A DNA stretch of 64,000 nucleotides. Source: the human T2T-CHM13v2.0 reference genome, Homo sapiens. The notes beneath the pieces are model-generated. The model was not told where the DNA came from. It ran no database searches and worked only from the letters and a program-made list of their open reading frames with translations. Positions 1-11,270 of the stretch are shown in pieces (position 1 is the first letter of the stretch; each line of letters starts with the position of its first letter). The translations under genes and the position numbers were made by a program. Where the stretch lies: NCBI RefSeq assembly GCF_009914755.1, contig NC_060930.1; one strand, given 5' to 3'.

Positions 1-1050
1 TCATCTGAGAATGAGGATGAAGGAGGAGATTTTGGAAGTTTAAGAAAAGAACAACTGTGAAGCATTTCTCTAGTTGAAAGGAAGCATGAATAAGAATAAC
101 AAAATAAAATATGATTACTGGGCATCATTAAGGAACCATTTGAGGCTAATGATAATGATTATAAAGAGTTGCCAGTCAGCATAATTGTGTGCTTTTTTCC
201 AGACGTATACATTTGTGCGGCTGCAGGCAGAGGGCAAGGAGGCTGAGTGTGTATGAAACAGAGCAAAATGATTATAATCATTGGCTATGGAATTTAATCT
301 GAGTAGGGATGGAAGTGAGTAAGGGGCTAAGGAATATTGTCAAGTTATACAATAAGATATGTTTTGCATTTTGAAGGATTGTTGGAGCTGGATTACTAGA
401 GGGAGTGAGCCAGAAAAAGAAGTTGGAGGTGTGATGTTGAAATTATGGATGGAGGTTGCAGTAGTCATTGATCATGACAAGCAGTAGGGTATGATCATGA
501 GGATGTATAGCTGTGGTAGAGTAAAGAAGATCAAATTGCTAAGAGATTTGAATCATGGAAGCATCTTTGTGGACAGGGAAATCGCAAAGAGTTATGATAG
601 GAGTGATGTTGGAGAGAATAATAGTGAATCCAGTGCTAATGTCAAAGAAGAAAGAATAGTGACCCTAAGGGAGAGGTAGATGTCTGCCATAAAGAGACAC
701 GATGATAGATTAGTGACATAGAAACATAAGATTTGGATTAGAAAGGATGGAGAGAAAAGTATCTGGAGGCAACAATAATGAGGAAAGTGGAGACAAATTC
801 ACCTCTAAAATGGATGGCAGGAGGCAGGTGGGGAAAAACCTATGATTATTTGATAGGATCACATAGGAAACAGACACAGCAGAAATCTGGCTTTAGGTTA
901 GAGAAAAAAGGTGAAGACTGTTCACTGAAAATGGTAGGTATATAAAGGTTGATCTTCATAACTGACATGGAATTTCAGAGAGTCCAGTGAAAAGATTTTA
1001 GAAGATGACGAGCAGTGGGAGTCAGAGGTCAGAAAAGGTAATGTATAGAA
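1..1050 (-). mobile_element. Ancient LINE-2 (L2) fragment
   Basis: Purine-rich stretch resembling the reverse L2 consensus, e.g. 560-640 (gcatctttgtggacagggaaatcgcaaagagttatgataggagtgatgttggagagaata). Boundaries approximate. Confidence 0.6.
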
Positions 1051-1479
1051 TCTAAAGGAATCAAATTTCTAAGGGAAAAGAAATGGTGTGGGAGAATAGG
1101 GCTTCTTATCGTAAGTAACCACACAAAAAGGAATACAGAGCGTAATACAATCATTCCTAAGAAAAATAGTGTTGGCAAAGTTGTGAGTGCTACAGATAGA
1201 GAGGAGTAGGGGTTAGCAACGTTCTCCTGCTCATGGAGGTTCAAGTTCTGTAGAGAAAAATTCTTATTACTGGTTACCCCTCTAATGACAGTTGGAATGT
1301 GTGGATTTATAAAGACCTGCTTACTGAGGGAAATGACGAGTAGTTTTGTTAAACAAGCATTAATTAAATGTGTGGGAGTGAAAGAAGTTAAAATTTTGAA
1401 GGTAGAGCCACATTTTAAAGGAATTTAGATTTCAGCCCATGTATAAAGAGGAATTTTTGGTAGGTCTAGCCTGCCATAA

Positions 1480-1640
1480 TAGAAAGAGACTGTGGTAAGA
1501 AAGAATTGATACTCAGTTCTGCAATTTATTTGCTATGAGGCATTTGGCAATACACTTGTATATTTTCAGCTTTAATTTTCACATCTTAATAAAAAGCAAC
1601 ACTTGTTCATAGAATCAAATGAGATTACATAAAATATACC
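1480..1640 (+). mobile_element. MIR SINE relic
   Basis: Degenerate MIR core (ttctgcaatttatttgctatgaggcatttggcaa ... agaatcaaatgagattacat). Confidence 0.45.
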
Positions 1641-1961
1641 TATTATTTATTTTGTATTTATTTAGCTTTGCGGAGACATTCTCATATTGATTTTATAATA
1701 GTAACTCTTTAAGAAGGTGACTTCTCTAGACCAGACCAAAGAAGAAGAGAACTTATTCTAAGAGAAAACAAAGTAAGACCAATGAGGCAAATGGTGTTTA
1801 GGAAGTGAAGTCCCATTAACTAAAACTAAGTGTGGCCATTTGGATCGTTAGTTTATTATAGAAGGCCAAGGTAAATTCAAAGGCTTTACTTTATGGTTTT
1901 GAAGACTCAAAGACGAGACATAAGTAAATATAAAGATTACTAGATTATTTGGGACATTTTA

Positions 1962-4900
1962 TTTTTTTATTTTTTAAATTTATTTTTAATTGACAAATAA
2001 TTATATATATTTATGGAGTATGTTGTGATGGTTTGATGTATGGTATCAGTGTAGAATGATTAAATCAGACTAATTAGGAAATATTTCACCTCACATATTT
2101 ATCAGTTTTTTGGTGAAAATATTTAAAATCTATTCTTTTAGCAATTTTGAAATATACAATGAATTATTATTTATTTGTAGTCACTATTCTGTGCCATAGA
2201 CAGTAAGGCTTATTCCTCCTCTCTAACTGAAATTTCCCTTTGATCAATATCTCCTATGTCCCCATTTTCTCTCCATTCTCCAGCATGTGGCAATAATCAT
2301 TCTACTCTCTACTTCTACAAGTTCAGCTTTTTTGCATTCCATATATAGGCTAGATCACGCAGTATTTTTCTTTTTGTGCCTGGCTTAGCACAATCACTTA
2401 GCACAATGTGTTGCAGGTGTATCCAAGTTGTGGCAAATGTTAGGATTTCCCCCAATTTTAAGGCTGAATAGTATTCAAAATTCAGTATATGTATACGCCA
2501 CATTTTCTTTATCCATTCATCTGATGATGAACACATAGGTTGCTTTCGTATCTTGGCTATTGTGAATAATGCTAAGATGAATATTGGAGTGTACATATTT
2601 CTATCATATATTGATTTCAATTCCTTTGGGTACACAACCAGAAGATGAATTGCTGGATCATATGGTAATTCTGTCTTTAGTTTTCTGAGAAACCCTATAC
2701 TGTTTTCTATAATGACTGTATTCATGTACATTCGCAATAACAGTGCACAAGTATTCCCTTTTCTCCATACCTCTACCAACATTTATCTTTTACCTTTTTC
2801 ATAATAGCCATTCTAACAGATGTGTGGTGGTGATACTGACTATGGTTTTAATTTGCATTTTCCTGCTGATTAGTGATGATAAGCATTTTTCACATACTTG
2901 CTGTCATGTGTCTTCTTTTGAGAAGTATCTGTTAGATCCTTTGCCCATTTTTTGATTGCATTGTTTTCTTGATATAAAGTTGTTTGAGTTTTTTAATGTA
3001 TTTTGGATATTAGGCACTTATTAGATACATGGTTTGCAAATATTTTATCCAGTTTTGTGAATTGTCTCTTCATTCTGCTAAGTGTTGTCTTGGCTATGCA
3101 GCAGCTTTCTAGTTTAATGCAATTCCATTTATTTATTTTTGCTTTGATTGTATATGCTTTTGGAGTTGTGTCCAAGAAATCTTTGCCTAGACCAACGTTA
3201 TGGAGGATTTCCCCTGTATTTTCCTTAAGTGCCTTTAGTTTCAGGTCTTACATTTAAGTCTGTAACTCATTTTGAGTTGATTTTGTAGATGGTGTGAGAT
3301 AAAGATAAAGTTTTATTTTTCTGCATGTGGATATCCAGTTTTTCCCCACAGCACTGAACAGACTGTCTTTTCTCCATTGTATGTTTTTGGCACTTTTGTT
3401 TAAATCAATTGACTACATGTGTGGGTTTATTTTTCAGCTCCCTAGCCTGTTCCATTGGTCAATGTAATGTCTATTTTTATGCCAGTGCTATATTGTTTGG
3501 TTATTATAACTTTGTAATAGATTTTGAAGTCAGGCAGTGTGATGCCTCTGACTTTGTTCCTGTTACCTAAGATTGCTTTAGCTATTCAGGGTACTTTGTG
3601 ATTTCATATACATTTTATATATATATTTTTATTTCTATGAAAAATGACATTGAAATTATGGTAGGGGTTGCACTGAATCTGTAAATTATTTGGACAGAAT
3701 AGACATTTTAACAATATTAATTCTTCCAATCCATGAACATGGGACTTCTCCATTTATTTGTGTCAACTGTGATTTATTTAATTGACGTTTTATACTTTTC
3801 TATATATGGGTCTTTCACTTTCTTGGTTAAATTTACTCCTAAGTATTTTTTGTGTGTACATTCTTTTGAATGGGATTAATATGTTAATTTTTTCAGATTG
3901 TTTATTGTTAGTATAAGAAAATGCTGCTGATTTTTGTATGTTGATTTTGTCCTTTGCAACTTTACTGAATTTGTTTATCAGTTCTTACAGTTTTTTGGTG
4001 GAGTCTTTGAAATTTTCTGTGGATAAGATCATGTCATCTGCAGAGACAATTTCACTTATTTGTTTTCTATTTGGATGCCTTTTATTTCTTCTTATTGCCT
4101 AGTTGTTCTGGCTAGGACTTCCAGGACTATGTTGAATAGATGTGGCAAGAGTCAGCATCTTTGTCTTGTTCCTGATCTTAGAGAAAATCTTTCAACATTT
4201 TACTTTTGAGTATGAGGCTGGTTGTGAACTTTTTATATATGGCCTTTATAGTATTGAGACATGTTTCTTCCATGCTTAATTTTTTGAGACCTTTTATCAT
4301 AACAAATGTTGAACTTCATCAAATGCTTTCTCAACATCCACTGAAATGATTCTATGTGTTTGTTTTTTATTCTGTTAATATTGTTTAACACATTTATCTA
4401 TTTGCATAATAAATGCATTTATCTATTTGCATTTATCTATTTGCATTTATCTATTTGCATAATAAATGTGATAAACCATATCACATTATCCATTATTTCA
4501 TAGATGCAAGTATAGTGGGACATCCAACTTTATGGACAATAATCCCACTTGATCATGAGGAATGATCCTTTAAATGTGCTGTTGAATTCAGTTTGCTAAT
4601 ATTGTGTTGAAGATTTTTGTATCTATGTACATCAAGGATATTGGCGTGCCATTTTAGTTTCTTGTAGTGTCCTTATCTGGCTTTGATATACGAGTAATGC
4701 TGGACTCTTAAAAATAGTTTAAAGGTACTTCTTTTCCTTAAATTTTTGGAAAAGTTTGAGAAGGATTGATATTCTTCTTTAAATGTTTGGTATAATTCTG
4801 CTATACATCTATCTTGTTCTGGGCTTTTCTTTGATGTGAGATTTCAAAAAAATTATTGATTCAATCCGTACAGGTTGTTGGTCTGTTCAGATTTTCTATT

Positions 4901-4978
4901 TCTTCTTGATTTAGTCTTGGTAAGTTGTATGTTTTTAGAAATTTATCCATTTCTTCTACGTTAGCCAATTTGTTGGTA
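1962..4978 (-). mobile_element. 5'-truncated L1MA-type LINE-1 (3'UTR plus C-terminal ORF2)
   Basis: T-rich tail, then L1MA 3'UTR (aattgacaaataattatatatatttatgg). ORF2 remnants in the ORF track (2315-2782 [11 protein letters not shown]; 2993-3175). TSD ttgggacatttta 1949-1961 vs ttggggcatttta 4979-4991 (12/13), ending in the TTTT/A endonuclease site. Confidence 0.92.
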
Positions 4979-5368
4979 TTGGGGCATTTTAGTTTAGGAG
5001 AGCTGTATAAAATCCAGGTAACGGGGTTCATTAAGAATACATTTTACAAAAGTGGACCACACTGAAGACAGAGATTTGAGAGCCATAGATTTTCAGATAA
5101 GTGGAGAGATGAAAAGTTCAGAGCATAATTAGGACGTGGATTGTGAGAGTGAAATTAAGGGAAAAGTCCCATAGGTGTGAATATCGATAAACAAAGAAGT
5201 TAATGAGTTTGAGCAGCTACCAGCACTTTGCACAGAGGGTAAGGGTAACTGGGAGGAAACCTGTCAATCAAGCTGCAAAGCTCAGAAGAATTTAGGCTCC
5301 AGAGGCCTAAATTTGGCTTATAGTTGTTTTCATCACTCTCTGTATGCATCAACCATCATGTAAAAATT

Positions 5369-5413
5369 AGAGAGAGGGAGAGAGAGAGAGGGAGGAAGAG
5401 AGCGAGAGAGAGA
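5369..5413. repeat. Imperfect (GA)n microsatellite
   Basis: agagagagggagagagagagagggaggaagagagcgagagagaga. Confidence 0.9.
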
Positions 5414-5574
5414 TCTCATTAATTTTCAGACACTTCAGAAAGAGAATAGGCCGTCAAGTGACTCAAAGGTAAGTGCAAGACCTTAGTCCAACCCTTCCCT
5501 AAATTCCCAACAATTGCTTGAATTTCTTTTAGCATATGCCTCAAAGCTACTGCCCAGCTCATCTTTAACAAGAT

Positions 5575-5745
5575 AGCATAATGTGGAGAAAAGAACAGAG
5601 TTTTCCAAACTTGATTTAATGTGTGGCTCTGCTATGCAGCCTTAAATAGTTATTTAATTTCTCTGAGCCTGGTTTGTTGCATTTATAAAATGGAAATAAG
5701 TAATTCATAGATCTGCTATGATAACATAGTATTGCATATGTAAAG
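5575..5745 (+). mobile_element. MIR SINE
   Basis: cttaaatagttatttaatttctctgagcctggtttgttgcatttataaaatggaaataa matches the MIR core. Confidence 0.7.
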
Positions 5746-6834
5746 GATCTATGTGGGTAAACAGAAGCACATATAGGCATATTCGTAACCCACCTCCAAA
5801 CTACACATCTTATAATTTTGAGAAAAGTTTAAGGAAGTTCTTCCTTACACTAAAGAGCAATTTTCAAGCACTGAAAATTTTACCTTTTGTAACAATCAGG
5901 ATTAATTTTTGTCCTTCTTGTCTAAGTGAGTGACAGAAGAAAACTGAGAAAGAGGGAGCAGAAGATTGTCTTGACATCAAAGGTGCTAAAGTAAGGACTA
6001 TTTGGGGCATCTAATATGTGTGAAAGTGTGGTAACCCAATCCCAGATTAAGTCAAGTGCATTTGAAAGGTTTCCCAACTGTGAAAGTTTCTCTAAGTAAT
6101 TCTCTCAATAGGCTCACCTCAGGAAATTAACACACTCCAGGACCAATTGAAGTTCTTATCAATTAAGCTAATTGACACAGCAGGCTTAAACTATTTCCCA
6201 AAGGTGAATATAAAGCATTAGTTCAACAAATGAATACCTCTTAAATCTTTTGAAAGCCTTCCCTAGTCAACTAGTTGAATGCAAAAGCTATATACATACA
6301 TATAGATAAGCTTTAATAATACAAAAGTCAACCTTTAATTAAGTGGCCCTGTGTTGGGATCAGATCATTTATATTCAAGGAAACATAATTTTTTGTTTAA
6401 AATATTAAGAAAATCAGTGTTCTAGTGAAATTCTTTTCAGCCTTGTAAAAATTGGTTTTATTATTTTTATTACAACCAAAAAGTAATATGAAATAATCAT
6501 ACTATTTTAGCTTTGTATTTGAATTGGAAAACCATTATTATATTTTAAAATGATGTTCTCTTCATTTCCTTATTATTATCTTTTGCCAAACTTAAGGTTC
6601 TGCTGATACTAAATTTAAAAAATAAATTAAACAGAATGGAGAATATAAAAGTTATTTTTAAAATTTTAATTATTTTTAAAGTAGAGATAATTACTATAAC
6701 CTTTGAAGCTACCTTAATGACTTTCCTTTGGTCTCTTTTTGAGAAGTCTATGCTTCCTATAAAATGTATTTTTAATACCTATAAAACATATTTTTACCTC
6801 CTATAAAATGGATTTTTATCTCATTTCCCATTTT

Positions 6835-7027
6835 GCTACTATACTGTCTGCCTGACCTTGGAACATTTATTTAACCTCTCCATATCTCAGTTTTTTTATT
6901 AGGAAAATGGACCTAATAATATTGCCTATTTGAGAGAGTTGTTGTGCAAATTAAAAACAGGAAAATGTTGTAAAAGTTTTAGTGTATTTGCTGGTACTAG
7001 TGAGCACTCAATAAATGTGAACTATTG
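6835..7027 (+). mobile_element. MIR SINE
   Basis: tgaccttggaacatttatttaacctctccatatctcagttt ... gagcactcaataaatgtgaactatt (core plus 3' end). Confidence 0.8.
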
Positions 7028-8256
7028 TTGGCAAAGCAAGGGTTAAAAGGAGAAAAGGAGGAGACTTCTAAGTTAAAGGAATATTATAAGCCAATAACAC
7101 AGCAGCAGAGCTTAGCCAGGTATGATAAGGGCAGGATGTTGTTGGGCTAGAATAAATACTAATTTCACAGCAGAATGAAATAAAAGACTGAGAATAATGG
7201 CTGTTAATGGCTAATGGGGATTTTGTAAAGCCAAACTGAAAGTCAACATTTTGAGCTTTGTTTAGAGAATGGTAGTGAACTTTTGTTTGTTTTATTGTTC
7301 AATTTTAACACTCAAAAGTGAAATGATCAAATAAATCTTTTAAAAAGATTTACCTGGAACGATCAGTAGATGTGAAATTTATATGTATATCTAAAATTTC
7401 CTCACTAGAGACCAGTAAAGAAATTATTTTAAGAGTATGGAAATTGGTTGATGGTGTTTATTAGGCAAGATAAGTAGATGCCTTTAAAAGTAATGTATTG
7501 TGTTGTTCCTCTAACCTGAATTTTCACTAAGTGGAAATCAAAGTGTAAAGTCAACTAATGACTTACTGAGGTCACACCACTAAGTCTGTTAGCTCTAGGC
7601 CTAGAACCTAATATTCATGTTCCCAGGCCCATGCTCTTTTCATAACACCAAACTATCTCAATTCAACAGGTATGTATTGAACATATGCTATGAGGCACTC
7701 TGATGTTTGCCTCAGGCCATATAAAGAGAAGACTTGAGTTGTAAAAATAGTATGGCCTATACCATTATGCTTTCAATGTGGAGTATTTGAAGATGTCACA
7801 AGAAGTTACTTCACAGATTTGGAAAGAGCTAATTACTTCTAGTGACACCATTTCCAGAAACTTAAGGTGTGCAGCTGTATTACTGCCTGTCAACCAAAAC
7901 ATTTTTCCAAAAAAAAGTACTCAATTTCTGAGCTATGTCAGATTATTAGTTATCGCATTAACTTGGTCATTGAATGGTTAAGTCCTGGCTTGGCCATACT
8001 CTCCACTGAACAGAATACAAAAAAAAAAAAAAAAAATGAATGAAAATGGACTGTTTCTTTGATGTCAGAAAACAAATTTGACAATCTTTTTTTCTGGATA
8101 GCAAACAAAACAAAAGAAAGGCACTAATCTCTTGATTTTGAAATTTTTCTTTGAACTCCTTTGAACATACCATTACAGTTCATATCTCAGCAATCAAAGT
8201 GCCTGCCAGAAGGTAGAGCTTTCTGGGGTGGTGTGTGTGTGTGTGTATGCACAGAG

Positions 8257-8398
8257 GAGGAAGTCATTCTGCCTTTCTATTTGTAATTTCTGTATTTGAT
8301 TATCTATGTTTGAAATGACTCACAAAGAATAAAAGTAACCACACTACTCAAAGTAGCTGTTCCCCAAACTGTTCGTTACCCTTACACTAAGAGATAAG
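8257..8398. promoter_or_regulatory. Candidate enhancer: ETS, GATA, AP-1 and RUNX motif cluster in non-repeat DNA
   Basis: GAGGAAGT 8257-8264, TTATCT 8300-8305, TGACTCA 8316-8322, AACCACA 8337-8343, AGATAAG 8392-8398. Motif matches only. Confidence 0.35.
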
Positions 8399-8628
8399 AA
8401 GCTTGATCCAAAATGTAATATAATGCATTGCTATCTTCATCAATAAAATCTTGCTACCAAGAACCTGTCAGATATGTGAAACAGAATGCTTAGTGCTGTT
8501 GTGAATTGTGATTAAGCTCTTTATATTGACACAAACCCCATAACAAGGAGTTTATTGTTAGCACAATTTGTGGATCGCAGTTGAAAGAGCACTGATATAG
8601 AAAAATATTTCCAGTGGCAATTTAACTT

Positions 8629-9438
8629 TTTATTGTATTGAAAAAACACTGTGAGATCAACTCTCTTCACAAATTTTTAAGTGTACAGTACAGGGTTGTT
8701 GTCTATAAGCACAATGTTGTCTCTAGAACTTTTTCATCTTTCATAACTGGAACTCTATGTCTATTGAACAGCAACTCACCATTTTCCCCTCTCACTAGCT
8801 CCTGGAAACCACCATTCTACTTTGTGTTTCTATGTTTGACTAGGTGAGATACCTTGTGTAAATGGAATCAAGCAGTATTTGTCCTTCTGTGATTGGCTTA
8901 TTTCAATTAGCATGATGTCCTCAAGGTTCATCTATACTGTATGACAATCTAAATGTCCATTGATGGAAGAATGGTGTATTAGTCCATTCTCACATTGCTG
9001 TAAAGAACTACCTGAGACTGGGTAATTTATTAAAAAAAAAAAGGGGGGGCTCACAGTTTTGCAGGATGTACAGGAAGCATGGCTGGGGAGGTCTCAGGAA
9101 ACTTGTAGTTACGGTGAAGGTAAAGTGGAAAGAGTTAGATCTCACAGGACTGGAGCAGGAAGAAGAGAGAAAAAGGGGAGGTGCTACCCACTTTCAAGCA
9201 ACCAGATATCATGAAAACTCATTCACTATCATGAGAACAGCAAGAGGGAAATTCACCCCCATAATCCAGTCACCCCCTACTAGACCCCTGCTCCAACACT
9301 GGGGATTACAATTCGACATGAGACTTGGGCAGAGACCTATAGTCAAACCATATCAAACGTGTAAAGAAAATGTGGTATAAACATACAATGAAATAGCATT
9401 CAGCCACAAAAATAAGAAAATCCTGTCACATGTGACAA
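8629..9438 (-). mobile_element. Short old L1M (L1MA9/L1MB-like) with 5' inversion, interrupted by an MST LTR
   Basis: Minus-strand 3'UTR 8629-8940, then plus-strand ORF2-end sequence at 8941-8974 and 9361-9438. TSD gtggcaatttaactt 8614-8628 vs gtgacaatttaaatt 9432-9446 (13/15). Confidence 0.8.
8975..9355 (-). mobile_element. MSTA/THE1-family MaLR solo LTR
   Basis: TG...CA ends (tgtattagtccattctc ... aaaccatatca), internal ctacctgagactgggtaatttat, decayed 5-bp TSD aatgg/aacgt. Confidence 0.9.
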
Positions 9439-11270
9439 TTTAAATTAAAACTTCCAATGACTGCTGTAATTATTGTTTTAATTTAACATAGGTTAACTCG
9501 GTATTCATATAAAAGAAACTGCCATGGCCCATTGACATTGGCCTTATAAGCAATTTAATGAAAGCAGTTCTTATGCTAATAGTTACAGAATGATTTCCAT
9601 TTCTAACAGTTTGCTCTAGATCTACCTCAAAAAACCTTCACAATGATCTTGAGCTCTGCAGATTTTCACATCTCTTATATTAGCTTTTTAAAAAGTCTCT
9701 ATTTTGAGTTTTATACAAATACAGTTTATACAAATTCAGTTTGTACAGTTTATACAAATTCACAGGAAGTTGAAAAATTGTACAGTTAAGCTCCATGTAC
9801 ATATCACCCAATTTCTCCAAGTGATTATATCTTACATAACCATAATATAATATCAAAACAAAAAATTGGCAGTGGTTCAATGAGTGTGTATATGTCTACA
9901 CCATTTTACTGCATATGTGGATTTGTGGAAACATCACTACAATGAAGATAGAGGTATTCCATTACCTCAAAGACTTTTCCTTCAGAGTCACATCTACCTT
10001 CCCCACTCTCCATTCCTAATCCCAAGTAATCAACTAGTTATCCATCTCTAAAATTTTTTCATTAAAAAATGCTATATAAATGGAATCTTACAACATGTAA
10101 TATTTTGATATTAGCTTTTTAAAACTGTTTTCTCAGGGTTCATCCAAGTTGTTGCACGTATCAGTAGTTCCTCTTCATTGCTGAGTAGTATTCTATGGTA
10201 TGGATGTAACACAATTTATTTAACCGTTCAACTGTTGAAAGATATTTTGGTTGTTTCTAGTTTGAGGTAAATACAAATAAAGCTTCAATGAACATTTTTG
10301 TACAGATTTTTGTATGGAGTTATTTCTCTGGGAAAAATGCCTAGGGGAACTATTGCTGAGTCATATGGTAAATGTGTGTTTACTTTGTAAAGAAATGGCC
10401 AAACTATTTTCCAGGATGGCTGAACCATTTTATATTTCCACAGAAATGTGTAAGGTATACAGTTTCTCCACATCTTCACCAGCTTTTGGTATTAACACTC
10501 TTTTACTTTAGCTGTTTTAATAAGTGTATAGTGAGATCTCATCGTGGCCTTAAGTTACATTTCCTTAATAGCTAGTGATGTTGATCATCTTTTCATGTGC
10601 TCATTTGCCATCTATATATTCTTTTTGGTGAAATCTTCATGTATTGTGCTTGGATTATTTTTATTGTTGACTCTTGAGAGTTTTCATACATTCTAGATGT
10701 AAGTTGTTTGTCAGAAATGTGGTTTGCAAATACTTTTTCCCAGTCTGTAGGTTTGTCTTTTCATCCACTTGGCAGTTTATTTTCTTTCATTTTATTATCA
10801 GTAGATGCAGAAAGAGACAGGTCCTTTTATAGAACTATAGTATTTAATTTTGTTGAAGTCCATTTGTTGATTTTTTTGCTTTTATGAATTGTACTTTTGG
10901 TATCATGTTAATAAACTCTTTACCGAGTCCTAAAGTCACAAACATTTTCTCCTAAAAGTTTTATAGTTTTATATTTTACAATTGAATTTATAAAATACTT
11001 TGTTAACTTCTGTGTAAGGTATGAGGTTTAAGTCAAAGTATATATTTTTCCCTATGGAGATACAATTGCTCTATCACTATTTGCTAAAAAGATGATCCTT
11101 TCTCTATTTATTGCTCTTTAATTTTTTTCAAAATGAATTGGCTATACTTATGTGGGGCTATTTCTGGTTTCTGTATTATCTATTCTGTTCCATTGATCTG
11201 TACATTTATTCTTCTACCAATATGATGCGGTACAGATTACTGTTGCTATATATAAGACTTGGAATTTTGT

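Noticed and set aside
4391-4468. Repeat-spacer pattern as a CRISPR-like array
   Set aside because: Eukaryotic L1 context, 14-bp units mostly abutting, identical rather than unique spacers, and no cas genes.
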